From: Heterodontus francisci | Lineage: Eukaryota | Reading direction: 5' to 3' | DNA length: 64,000 nt | NCBI RefSeq assembly: GCF_036365525.1 | Contig: NC_090404.1 | Location: 27,550,149 to 27,614,148, forward strand | Shown: positions 10,451-22,900 of the stretch, piece by piece | How positions within the stretch are numbered: position 1 is the first letter of the stretch | How the letters are laid out: each line of letters opens with the position of its first letter | The notes under the pieces: model-generated | What the model was told of the DNA's origin: nothing | The model's database searches: none | What the model saw: only the letters and a program-made list of their open reading frames with translations | Translations under genes and position numbers: made by a program

Positions 10451-11361
10451 CTAATTTGGCAGTGATTGTGATCCTGTCCCGAGGAAGATGTGGTCTCTCC
10501 AGATGTATCACTTACTATCTGATTTCCATGGCTGTAATGGATCTCCTACTTATTATCACTGCTGTGATATTAAACCGGATTGCTGCTATTTATTTCCCAT
10601 TCACTTTCTTGTCCATCACACCATTATGCAGCCTCCGTAATGCCCTCATCTATGCGATGATAGACGGTTCTGCCTGGTTAACGGTCACTTTCACTTTTGA
10701 TCGATTTGTGGCCATTTGCAGCCAGAAGCTGAAAATAAAATATTGCACCAAGAAAACGGCAACGCGGGTTATCGGAACAGTGTCTACGCTGAGCTTTCTA
10801 AAAAATATCTGCTTGTATTTTACTTATGAACCTTTGTACATAATTAGCAATGTACCCTGGTTCTGCGGCATAAAATTAATATATTATGTGTCACCTGCAT
10901 GGGCCGCATTTGACTGGATTCTTGTTAGTTTAACCCCTTGTCTCCCATTCATTTTGATTTTACTGCTCAATGCTCTGACTGTCAGACACATTCTAGTGGC
11001 CAGTAGAGCTCGCAGGAGACTCCGGGCCCACAGCAATGGAGAAAATAGGAGCGACCCAGAAATGGAGAAGCGGAGAAAGTCCATTATTTTACTCTTTGCC
11101 ATCTCGGGCAGTTTCATCCTCTTGTATTTACTGTATTTTATAACGATCCTCTATGTCCGAATTGCGAATGTCACTTATTATTCCGGTTCCAATTTTAGTG
11201 AATCAACATTTCTTCTGGAGGAAAATGGATATATGCTTCAGTTTTTGAGTTCCTGCATCAACCCATTTATTTATGCAGGAACCCAGAGAAAATTCACGCA
11301 GGAGTTAAAAAATGGGGTGAAATATCCATTGAATCTAATTGTTAAATTAGTTAAATCATGA
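10451..11361 (+). CDS. GPR139-like class A GPCR copy A, coding exon 2 (spliced protein 326 aa)
   Basis: Polypyrimidine tract + ttacag acceptor at 10450; seven hydrophobic segments; TM2 MAVMD, TM3 TFDRF, Cys pair (PLCS/PWFC), TM7 NPFIY; no stops. Confidence 0.92.
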
Positions 11362-12209
11362 AAACAGTAAAATCCACCTTGAAGTGCACATTATATCCTA
11401 TCCTTTCCTCTTCTTGTCCATGTCACACATGGCCTCCCCTCCCAGAATCATAGTCAGCCGCTTGGGGATCCTTACTCACTCTGTGTATTTAAGAATGTAT
11501 AAGGAATGTTGCATCAGCGCACAATTCAGTGCTGTCGTCTATTCTCAGTTCGTTTCCCTTTCTCTTCCCTGTGCTGACTGGTACATTCCCATCGGTCCCG
11601 AGGGCTCCGGAGTATGGCTACATTCATATGGGAGACTGAGTCTCTGACCTCTGATCTGTTATTTGGATAGTAAGCTCAACTGTTTAATGAAAGCACCTCA
11701 ATATTCCTGCTGGGAATGGTCTGGATCTTGAAGGCAGGATCTACACTGTTGTAGGGACACATAATGTCCTCGCACATTGTTCTCCGCTCACTAGGCACCA
11801 TCCCACAGCCACATTCCTGTGTTCATAAACATAGGAACAGAGGGATTGTTGGAGGAAAAAGAGAAAAGACCATCTAGTTCACCCAATCTTTCCATTGCCC
11901 ATTTAAGATGACATCCCAGTGTCATCAAATATTATATAATTAATCTAACAAAGTTATGTCTTTTTGAAGGGGTTCAAATAATAAACAACCAAATCATGAA
12001 ATACTTACTTATCAAATTTAATGAGAATGTTATCATCACCATCGACTATACACTTTATTTCTCTCCTGATATCCGCATGATGAAACAATAATGGAGCTGT
12101 TGACTGATCATAGCAATCAATCTCTCAATATTTAGAAAACAGAGCCAGACATGAAGCAAGAAAAATCCCAGTACTGGAGACCTGGGGGAATTAAGGGTGC
12201 GAAATTCAT

Positions 12210-14340
12210 TGCAATGATGGAACAGAGGTCAAGCATTGCTTTGGTAGGTGTTGATACACCACCAGCTGCTTCCTGCGTGGTTTAACTAATGTTCTATTAG
12301 TAAAGAGCAGCATGTGATGGTGTGGATGGAGGGTGCCCCCTGCGTTTTCTGGAAGGCTGTGAATCAACGCTACTCTGATGTCACACAACTCAACCACTGA
12401 TGTTATGCCAAGATTCCAAATTTGCACTATGCAGATCCAAGCAACATATCGATACACTACGCTACACACAACAGGTACAAGGATGAAGATTGTGCCCAGC
12501 ACAAGCTTTCCTTAACAGGATTGGCACCCTAATTGCAGGCAATATGATTTTGAAGAATGTCTGATATTGCAAAGTAACTGCAGGTAGTCTGGAACGTTTT
12601 AGGCGCGCTTTCTGAATCCTCACAGGAAGGGCAGTGGATTTGGTGACCTGTCCACACAAAGGCTGGAGTGGGTATGAGGCAGCGTTTGCAGTGCCTCCAG
12701 ATCTGCAGCATGACAAGTGAGACGGAGAAGAGGTTGCCATGCACTCTGCCACCTTGGAGCCAGACTTCTCAGTGCTCCAAGGCAGGAGGCTGACTGACAT
12801 GTCAGCCAATGCAGTCAATATCTCGGTGTGCAGTCAGCACTCTCCTATATGCCGCCTCAACCTGATCCTCACCTGAGTGCTCTGCTGCAGAACAGACCTG
12901 TGACTTGCTCTCTGGGACTCATCGTCTACCACTGGCCTGGCTGTAACCCTCACGTGCCAGATGTATCAACACGTGCAGATTCCATCTTTATGCTCACTTT
13001 CAATTTGCTGTGCTGTTATCTGAACGGATGGCTGCCTCTGTAAGATCATATGAAGACCCTCTTCATTGGCGCTGCGTTGTTATTCTACCCATACCCCCTC
13101 CCAACCTCTCTCTCATCCTCCTTGTGCTGCTGCGCCCAGACAGGCGACAGTTCCTGGGCGTCTGAAAGCAGGATATCAGAAGGGGTACCGTGGAATGAGG
13201 GAAGCAGAGTGTGGTGACAAACAAGAGGTCTATGGTTTCACCATCTGCAACTTGCAAATGTTGCCAGATAGCAGAATGGTGGTGAACTGGGATTTGGAAG
13301 AGCATAAGGCAGGAACATCTTCATTGTTCCCAGAAACGCTGCATCCCTCGAGCTCTGTTGCTACTGGTCCCATGATGCTGAGTGTCCACTTCCCCATAGG
13401 GCTCTGGAAATGCAAGTGTCCTTGACCCGACCGGCTATGTTCTGCTACATTATATTATGTGCCCCCAAGAAAGGGACAAATGTCAGTGATGTTGCAGCAC
13501 CATGTTTGGTGATGCTCCTGCCATTGCTGAATACCCGGGAGGCCTGGGGGTTGGTTTGGAGGCAGAGAGATGGGGGTACACATCTGGCAGCATTGGGCTG
13601 TGGTCGAGTATTCCGATATTAGGTGTGAGTCCTGAGTGCCAGATAGTGCTGCTGGGTGAGCAATAGGGCTGTGGTGCGTTGAGCAGTGGGAGAGTTCCAT
13701 TGTGTGTGGGTAGGAACTGTCATGTGAAGATGTCTTCATTAATATTATCAACCCTTGTGCGATCATTGGACTTCTTGTGACACTGCTGCCAGGTCCTTGG
13801 GACCTGACACTGGGCATTAACCTCCCTAGCCACCTGCTCTCACTCCTTTCTCAGGTTGTTCTGTGAGGTCTCCTGTCCCACCGTGGATTCATGGTTAATA
13901 TTCTTTTGCCCAGCCCCACCACTAATGCTTCCTGCACCGTTTCTGTCAACTTGTAACCTTCTCTCTGCCCCGGTATTCTCTTTTCTATAATTTGAATATA
14001 ATATTCAGTACAATTTCTCTTTTAGAGGGGCAACCTGCCTTTAAGAAGATCAGGCTGGTTGCATGACGTGGTATTTTCACAACGCTGTTCATTCACCTGC
14101 TGAGCACAGAGACTGCCAACAGCGCCAAGAAAAACACAACAGCGCAGGAACTGTTCTCCATACGCTATAATTATGCACATGATGTAGGTGCTGAAACTTT
14201 GCATACTTCCCAACTTGATCAAAGCCAGCATGGGCTGGTTGCAAATTGGGACACTGCACCCACAAATTAGGGTGCGTGTGTTTGTAGCCCATATGTTCAA
14301 CGTCACCTGTTCATCCCAAGCACTCTGCAATGACAACATG
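12210..14340 (-). mobile_element. PIF/Harbinger-type DNA transposon relic with a Myb/SANT-like coding remnant (~13730-13880)
   Basis: Minus strand reads EQVAREVNAQCQVPRTWQQCHKKSNDRTRV (SANT/trihelix helix 2-3 pattern); homologous to 35030-36130. Boundaries approximate. Confidence 0.55.
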
Positions 14341-14369
14341 TCATAACTGAAATTAATGACATATGGTAA

Positions 14370-15680
14370 CCAAAATGGTATTCTATGATTGACCGCTACC
14401 CCTGCCCCTTTTCCCTTTCCTATCTTTCCTCAACGCCTTGTATCAGCAATATTTAACACCCGGTCCTGCCCTTCTTTGAGGCAGGTCTCTGTTATAGCCA
14501 CAATATCATATTACCACGTGGCAATCTTCGCCTGTAACTTACCAATCTTATTAACCACTTTTCGTGAATTCACATACATGCACATTTAGTCTTAGATTTA
14601 GACTTTACTTCTTGCTTCCTTACTCTGTCCCCACCAATTAAAACACCGAATAACTTACTATTCCCTACTTTATTGCTATCTATCTCTACCAGCACACTGC
14701 GCACCTTGATATTCCTCTCTTGATATTTCATCCTAGTTCCCACACCCCTGCCAAGTTAGTTTAAACCTTCCCAAATAGCAGTAGCAAATCGCCTACAAGG
14801 AAATTGGTCCTGGCTCTGTTTACGTGCAATCCATCCAGTCTGTACTGGTCCCATCTCCCCCAGAGCTGGTCTCAATGTCTTAAGAATCTAAATCCCTCCG
14901 TTCTACACCATCTCTACAGCCACACATTCATTTGCTTTATCGTCCTATTTCTTTACTCACTTATGCGTGGTACTGGGAGTAAGCCAAAGATTGCTACTTT
15001 TGAGGTCCTGCTTGTTAATTTTCTACCTAGCTCACGAAACTCTTTCTGCAAGACCGCATCCCTCTTCCTACCTTTATCATTGGTAGCAATATGGACCACG
15101 ACTGCTGGCTGTTCACCCTGCCCCTCAGGGTGCTCTGCAGCTGTTCAATGACATCCTTGATTCTGGCCCTAGGGAGGCAACACACCAGCCCAGATTCACA
15201 TCTGCGGCCACAGAAAGGGCTGTCTGCTCCCCTAACTATAGAATCTCCTATCACGATCGCTCTTCCAGTCTTCCATGTGCCCAGTAGAGCTGAACCTCCC
15301 GTGGTGCCATGGTCTTGGCTCTGGCTGCACTCCCAAGATAAATCATCACTTTCCTCAGTCTACCAAACTAAATACCTATTGGTGAATGAGATGCACTCAG
15401 GGGTCTCCTGCACTACCTGCATGCTTCTTCATGACTGTCTGGTAGTCACCCATTCCCTCTCTCCCTACATATTCTTCAGCTGTGAGGTGGCCACATCTAT
15501 ACATGTGCTATCCACTGCTGCACAGTGTCGCCAGCTGATGCTCAAGTTCTGAAGCCCAGAGCTAAAGCTACTGCAACAGACGACTTTTCCTGCACATATG
15601 GCTACCAAGGTACAAGAGGCATCCTGGATTTCGCACATAGTACAGGATGTGCACTTCAGAATTTGGAACAACCCTGCCAT
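14370..15680 (-). mobile_element. CR1 LINE 5' fragment (ORF1 with SGNH/GDSL esterase-like motif, start of endonuclease)
   Basis: KCTSCTMCE, IGDSIVRGAD...VCCLP.ARIKDV; degenerate. Confidence 0.8.
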
Positions 15681-15764
15681 TCCACTAGCTATTAAATTAT
15701 AAACCTTGGTATAAAAAACAACAACAAATAACCCTGTTACTACTAAGGTATACCACGATTTGAA

Positions 15765-16130
15765 CCCATCTTAATTCTGTGTCACTTTGTTTCATGAATG
15801 TAAATGTTTTGTTTCTTTTGGTAAACTCATATCATAATTTTCAGAGTTACTGTAGCACGCATGTCTTCCAAGTACATCAAGGTGTGGTCACCAAGGAAGG
15901 GTCTCTTTGTTGGTGGAAACATAATGCCATTAATAATGCCAGTAATCATATAATGCACTGTAAATTGTCAACAACCCTATATCATTAATTCATTAAATGC
16001 TTACTTTAAATTCAAACAATATGTGGCATATTTCATTTTGTGTTCACAATAGTGGGCATGACCTGCCATATTCACTGTAAATGAGGAGGGGGTAGAGCAA
16101 TTGGAAAGGATAAAAATACAGCGATAGGTT
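15765..16130 (+). repeat. Dispersed paralog of 38615-38965 (possible V-gene leader/intron relic)
   Basis: Shared blocks ccatcttaattctgtgtca, agtacatcaaggtg, tgttggtggaaaca, ttcattaaatgcttac, ggggtagag..aattgga..ggataaaaata. Confidence 0.7.
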
Positions 16131-16284
16131 GGGAGTGCTCAGAGGAGAAAAGTCAGCTACTCCGAAGGTGATGTATCCAAAATTCTTGAGTGGTGGTGTT
16201 GGAAGTGCTAGTAAGGGTGGAAATAGCATAGGCTCTGGCAAGTTTTTTTCAAGATTCCTTTTTAATACACGAAAGGTCACAGAG

Positions 16285-17605
16285 TTCTGGTGATTTACAG
16301 CATGGAAGGAAGCCATTTGGCCCATCCAATCCATGCTAGTTCTCGGCGGAGCAGTCCAGACAGTCTCTCTTCCCGTTTGATCCCCAAAGCCCTGTAAGTT
16401 TGCTTCTCCTAAGCACCCGCCCAATTTCTTTCGAAATCATTGATTGTCTCTGCTTACACCATGCTCGTTCTAAGACATTACCACTCACTGTGCTAAAAAA
16501 AACTTTCTCATATTTCCCCTGCATTTCTTGTCCACAGCCTTCAATCTGTGTCCCCTGGTCCTTGTACTATCAGTTTATGGGAACAGTTTTTCCGTGCCTA
16601 ACTTGCCTTAGCTTGACATAATCTTGCATACCTCTGTCACGTCTCTGCTCAGTCTCCCTTGCTCCAGGGAAAACAATCCTAGATTTTCCAACATAATCTT
16701 CTAACTGAAATCCTCCATCCCTGGAACCATTCTGGTAAACCTCCTCTGCACCCTCTCAATGACCCTCACATGTTTCCGAAACTGTGGTGATCAGAATTGG
16801 AAGCAGTACTCCAATTGGGGCCTAACCATAGTTTTATAAAGGTTCAGCACAACTTCCCTGCTTTTGTAATATATACCTCTTTTATGAAGCACAAGATCCT
16901 AAATGCTTCTCTAGCCACTCTCTCAATATGTCCTGCTACCGTCAAAGTTCGATGCACATGCACCCACAGGTATCTCTGTTCTTGCACACTCTTGAGCACT
17001 TCAACATTAAGTATATACTGCCTCACGCTATCCCTTCTGTCAACATGCGTTACCTCACACTTCTATGTATTAAATTCCATCTGCCACTTGTCTGCTCATT
17101 CTGCTCGACTATCCACATCCTGTTACAGGCAGTTCGCATCATCCTCACTGGTTTCCATGCGTCCATGGTATCATCAGCAAAGTTTGAAATTCTACTCTGT
17201 AGTCCAAGATCCAAATCATTTATATATCACAAAAAAAACAGTGCTCCTAGGACGGACCCTTGGGGAACACTATTGTCTATTATCCTCCAATCTGAAAAGC
17301 AACCATTTACGATGACTCGCTGGTTTCTGTCGTCAAGCCATTTTTCTTTATCCAATTGGACATTGACCTATTCCCTGAGCCTTATTTTTGTCAACTCACC
17401 ATTTACGTGGCACATTGTCAAGGATTTACTTAAAATCCTTATCGGTAACATCCACAACATTCCCTTTATCAACCTTCTCTGTTAATTCATTAAAATAAAA
17501 TCAATTGGATTAGTCAAGCATGATCTGCCTTAATTAACTCAAACCTCTCCAAGTGCCTATTGATTTTTTACGTGATTATAGTTTCTAAAACATTACACAC
17601 TACTG
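16285..17605 (-). mobile_element. CR1 LINE 3' fragment (RT domain and 3' UTR)
   Basis: Reverse strand has VPQGSVLG, DLGV.VHR-like and VQRRFTR-like segments, plus a CR1 3' tail. Confidence 0.8.
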
Positions 17606-18049
17606 TTCCAGAAGACTAACGGATTAAAAATGTTACACTGCTGTTCAAATAAAAGGGGAGAAGAATAAACTCAGCAACACATACAGAATCACAGTGGGGT
17701 TAGTTTTCATTTTTCCAGCGCCTGGATCAACAATGAACAGGCTCTTTTTCACCCCCAGAATGCAGTTTCTTGTGTTTACCAAAAGTAAATAGGGGCAGGG
17801 AAGCTGGCTCTGTATGTGTCGAGTCCACTGGCGGACCAGGCTGCTGAGTCACCCGCACCTCTAGGGAAATTTATGGGAAAAATAGAGAGGGACCAAATTG
17901 TAGCTGCTAATTATGATTTCAGCTCTGCCTGCATTTGTACTGCTGACTGTTTGGGAAAGTGTCCTTGTTTCCAGTTCTCCACAGTTGTAATTTAATGGTC
18001 TCCTGCAAATGGATTCTGACTCAGTGAAGTTCACAAAATTTGAACAGAT

Positions 18050-18800
18050 CCGGAGTCAGCACCTTCAGGGGAGGAGAGAGAGAGGGACCAGTGAGTGAAG
18101 AACTGAACTCAGCCAGAGGCAGTAACTTCGGGGAAGGAGAGAGTGGAGAGCCAGCGAGTAAGGAACTGAACATAATGTGAGTCAACACATTCGGGGAGGA
18201 GAGGGAGGGGAAACAGTACGTGTAGGACGGAACCAAACCAGATTCAGGTGAGGAGAGAGAGAGGAGAATCATTGAGTGAGGAATGGAACCCAGACAGAGT
18301 CAGTACCTTCAGGGTAGGAGAGAGAGGAGACCCATTGAGTGTAGAACTGGGCCCAATGCAGAGTCAACACCTTCAGGGGGAGAGAGTGAGGGGAACCAGT
18401 GAGTGTAAAACTGAACCCAGTCACAGTCATCACCTTCAGGGGAGGAGAGAGAGACGAAAGAGTAAACATAGAACTGAACCCACTAATAGTCAGAACCTTC
18501 ATGGCAGGAGGTTGGACGAGCACCAGTGAGTGCAGTACAGAACCAAGCCAGAGTCTGCACATTCAGGGAAGGAGAGAGATGGGGGAAATAGTGAGTGAGC
18601 AACCAAGTCAGAGTCTGCACCTTCAGTGGAAAAGAGAGAGGAGAACCAGTGAACGCAGTAAAGAACTCAACCAGAGTCAGCATCTCCATGGGAGGAGAGG
18701 GGGGAGCCAGTAAGTGTAGAAGTGAACCCAGCCAGAGTCAGCACCTTCAGGAGGGGAGCGAAATGGGAACTAGTGATTGTAGAACTGGACCCAGCCATTA
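18050..18800 (+). repeat. ~62-bp purine-rich minisatellite, ~12 units
   Basis: Unit agtgagtgtagaactgaacccagccagagtcagcaccttcaggggaggagagagagggaacc. Confidence 0.85.
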
Positions 18801-19214
18801 GCTCTTTGTAAACGCTAATCAGTTCAGGGAAAGGACAGAGTTTATCAGTTATTTTTCACAATATAAACTTAAATCATAATGAGGAGCAGAAGAGATTAGA
18901 TTACAATGTGTGATGTTTGTACCTATAATTGTGAAACTATAATAAATAACAAAACTAAAGGTAGGCATGGTAGTTTAGGGATAATGTGAACATTACTGAA
19001 AAAGGTGACTGCTGGGAACCAGGGAATGTGTTATTGTAAATCACAGATCAGAGAAATTCCAGCTGTCTTTTCCTCACTTCCTGCCAAAACCCAGCAGAGA
19101 AGACAAAGAAGACTCAAGTGCCAGAGTTGGATCACTACAGTGTCTACAAGGTCAGGGGATTTTCCAATGACATACTTTATTCAAAAAATTTATACAAGTA
19201 CATTACATAACCTA

Positions 19215-19545
19215 CTTACTTAATTTCCGGGAGAGCAGTGGAGAGGAGCGGACCTGCGGGAAGAACATGGAGTGGGGAACCGAAAATACAGCCCGGGGAT
19301 TGTGACCTATAAAACTTACCTTCTGGGAGAGGAGCAGAGAGGAGCATACCTTTAGGGGGAATACAGAGCAGGGAGTAGTTAAATACAGCCCAAGGATCGC
19401 AGCATACAACACTTACCTTCTGGGAGAGGACCGGACCTGCAGGAAGAACAGGGAGTGGGGAGCCGATAAATACAGCCCGATGATCGCGGCCGAGAGCACT
19501 TACCCTGTGGGAGAACAGAGGAGAGGAGACCTGGCCCGTCGGAGT
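19215..19545 (+). repeat. ~90-97-bp tandem monomers at the CR1 5' end
   Basis: acttacc..gggaga...ggacctgc...taaatacagccc recurs; acttacc at about 19314, 19411 and 19498. Confidence 0.75.
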
Positions 19546-19744
19546 TGAAAAAAACAAGTGAAAAGTGACATCACAGGAAAGCTGTAAGGTTTCCAACTGC
19601 TGTTGGAGAGTGTCAGTAAATAGCTGGTGTTGGTACATTGCTGTTAGGCTGTATGTGCAAATAGCTGGGTAAAAGCGTCTCAACAACTGACAGACTATAA
19701 AAGAGTAAAATATTAAGTATTAATAATAAGCAACAAGTGAGTAC

Positions 19745-19905
19745 CTGTGTAACAGCCCTGACAACCAATTTTATCTGCAGCACCTGTGGAAGAGTCTGTC
19801 ACTCTAGAATTGGCCTTTATAGCCACTCCAGGTGCTGCTCCACAAACCACTGACCACCTCCATGCGCGGAGCCATTGTCTCTCGAGACAAGGAGGCCGAA
19901 GAAAA
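19745..19905 (+). mobile_element. RTE 3' end fragment nested in CR1
   Basis: Matches the last ~160 nt of the RTE family (ttatagccactccagg...cattgtctctcgagacaaggaggcc-gaag). Confidence 0.85.
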
Positions 19906-22900
19906 AGTCGACCTGGTGAGTATTATTATTATTTTGAGTAAGATTGATATTCACTACTGAGCTCTATTGATTTCAATAGGATTTATCAATACTAGTAACA
20001 TTTTATTCATAATTCTAAGGTGTTGTAGCATTGGTAAGATTTTTTAGCAGTAGCAAAGGTTTACACAATAAATAAAGGAATGGCAGGGGGTGCTTCAACC
20101 TCGATAGTGCACCTCCTGTGAGATGTGGGAGCTCCAGGATGCTTACCATATCCTGGAGAACTATTTGAGCAGGAAGTGTCATCAATTGCAGCAGCTTGAG
20201 CTCCGGGTTTTGGTGCTTGACCGGCAGCTGGCGACACTGCATGCATTCATAAGGATGGGAACTACGTGGATAGCTCGCTTATAGATGTGGTCACCCCACA
20301 GCTTAAGAGTATGCAAGGACGGAGGGGATGGGTGACTACCAGGCAGTCAAAAAGAATCAGTAGGTGCTGCAGGACACCCCTGAGTGCATCTCACTCTCCA
20401 ATAGATATTCAGTTCCGACTACTGGGGAAGTGATGCTTCACCATGGGACTGCAGCCACATCCAAGCCCATGACACCATGGGTGGATCAGCTGCAAAAGTG
20501 GGTTCAGGGAAGACTGGAAGAGCCATAGTGATAGGTGATTCAATAGTCAGGGGAACAGACAGGCATTGCTGTGGCCACAGACATGAATCCAGGATGGTGT
20601 GTTGCCTCCCTAGTGCCAGGCACAAGGATATCACTGAACAGCTGCAGAGCATCCTGAAGGCAGGAGTCATGGTCCTCATTGGAACCAACAACATAGGTAG
20701 AAAGAGGGATGCGGTCGTGCAATCAGAATTTAGGGAGCTCGGTAAGATATTCGCAAGCAGGACCTCAAAATTAGTAACCTCCAGATCACTCCCAGTGCCA
20801 CGTGCATGTGAGTGTAGAAATGGAAGGATAAGACAGATGAATGCATAGCTGGAAAGATGGTGCAGGAGGGAGGGCTTTAGATCCCTGGGACATTGGGCTG
20901 GCTCTGAGGAGATGGACAGGCCAGATGGGTTGCACCTAGACAAAGCCAGGACTCATTTCCTTGCAGGACATTTTACCAGTGCTGTTGGAGAGGGTTTAAA
21001 CTAATTTGGAAGGGGAATGGACACCTGAGGGTAAACTCAGTTGGGCCAAAATCAGAAATGAAAATGGAAGGCAGGAAATTAATGGATAAGCCTGGAAGAC
21101 AGAAAATTTAAAGAAAAAGCTGTTTTGCAGTGCTCAAGGGTATCAATTTCAATGTAAGGACTATAGTAAATAAAGCAGATGAGCTGAGGACATAGTTAGG
21201 CACGTGGCAGTATGATACCATAGCTATTACAGAAACATGGCTTAAGGAGGGACAGAAATGGCAGCTCAATATTCCTGGTTATTGGGCTTTCAGACGCGAT
21301 AAGGAGGGGAAGAAAGGAGAGTGTGTAACACTTTTGGTCAAGGAAACTATTACGGTTGTGATGAGGGATGATATGCTGTAAGGTTAATCAAAGGATGCCA
21401 TATGGATTGAGCTAAGGAGCTAAAAAGGGGCAATCGCACTCCAGGGAGTGTACTATAGATCCCCACACAGTCACAGGGAGATAGAAGAGCAGATAGGCAA
21501 ATCTCTGAGAAGTGCAAGAACAATAGGGAAGTAATGGTCGGGGATTTTAACAACCCCAATATTAACTGGCATTGTTATAGTGTGAAAGGAATAGAGGGAG
21601 CAGAATTCTTGAGGTGCATTCAGGAGAACTTCTTTGCTTAGTTTGTCACCCGTCCAACACGAAAGGGCGCAGTTCTAGACTTAGTTTTAGGAAATGAAGA
21701 TGGGCAGGTGGGAGGGGTAACAGTGGGAGAGCATTTTGGTGATAGTGATCATAATTCAGTCAGTTTCAACATAATTATGGAAAAGGACAGAGATAGAACA
21801 GGAGTTAGAGTTGTCAATTGGGGCGAGGCCAATTTTACTAAACTGAGGAGTGATTTAGCGAAAGTGGACTGGAAACAGCTCCTTGAAGGTAAATCAGTGT
21901 CAGAACAGTGGGAGGCATTCAAATGGCAGTTTCAAGGGATTCAGAGTAACATGTTCCCAAAAAGAAAAGGGCTGAGACGGCCAAATCTAGAGCCCCGTGG
22001 CTGTCAAGGACCCTACAGGGTAAGATAAGGCAGGAAAGGAAAGTTTATGTCTGACACCGAGAACTCAAAATGACAGGAAGCCGAGAGGAGTATAGAAAAT
22101 GGACGGGTGAAATCAAAAAGGAAAATAGGAAAGCAAAGAGAGGGCCTGAAAGAATATTGTCAAGCAAAATCAAGGTGAACCCAAAGATGTTTTATCAGTA
22201 CATTAAGATTAAGAGGATATCTAAGGAGAGAGTAGGGCCCATAAAAGACCGAAAAGTTAGCCTATGTATAGGGTTGGAAGATATTGGTATGGTTCTTAAT
22301 GAATACTTTGCGTCTGTCTTCACAAAAGAGGGGGACGATGCAGATATTGTGGTTAAGGAGGAGAAGTATGAAGTATTGGATGTGCTAAAGATAGGGAAAG
22401 AGGAAGTATTAACAGGATTAGCATTTTTGAAAGTTCATAAATCACCAGGATTGGATGCAATGTACCCCAGGCTGTTAAAAGAAGCAAGAGAGGAAATAGC
22501 AGAGGTTCTGAACATCACTTTCCCGTCCTCACCAGATACAGGTGTGGTGACGGAGTATAAGAGAACTTCTAACGTGTGCCTCTGTTTAAAAAGGGAGCGA
22601 GGGATAGACCGAATAATTGCAGGCCAGTCAGTCAAACTTCCGTAGCAGGAAAATTATTGGAATCTATTCTGAAAGGCAGGATAAACTGTCACTTTAACCA
22701 AAGGATAGTCAGCATGGCTTTGTTAAGGGAAGATCTTGTTTGACCAACTTGATCGAAATTTTTGAAGAATTAACAAGGCAGATTGATGAGGGTTGTGCAA
22801 TTGATGTGGTCCACATGGAATTTGGCAAGGCTTTTGACAAGGTCCCACATGACATACTGGTTTAAAAAATAAAATCCTATGGGATCCAGGGAAATGCAGC

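Noticed and set aside
10451-11361. Assigning the symbol GPR139 as a true ortholog
   Set aside because: Tandem, diverged multi-copy genes; orthology cannot be shown without a phylogeny.
16797-17485. 172-aa and 185-aa plus-strand ORFs
   Set aside because: Antisense to decayed CR1 RT; no independent coding signal.
19005-19223. Possible second V-exon end (GMCYCK followed by cacagat)
   Set aside because: No upstream Trp/Cys framework and no nonamer at 12- or 23-nt spacing.
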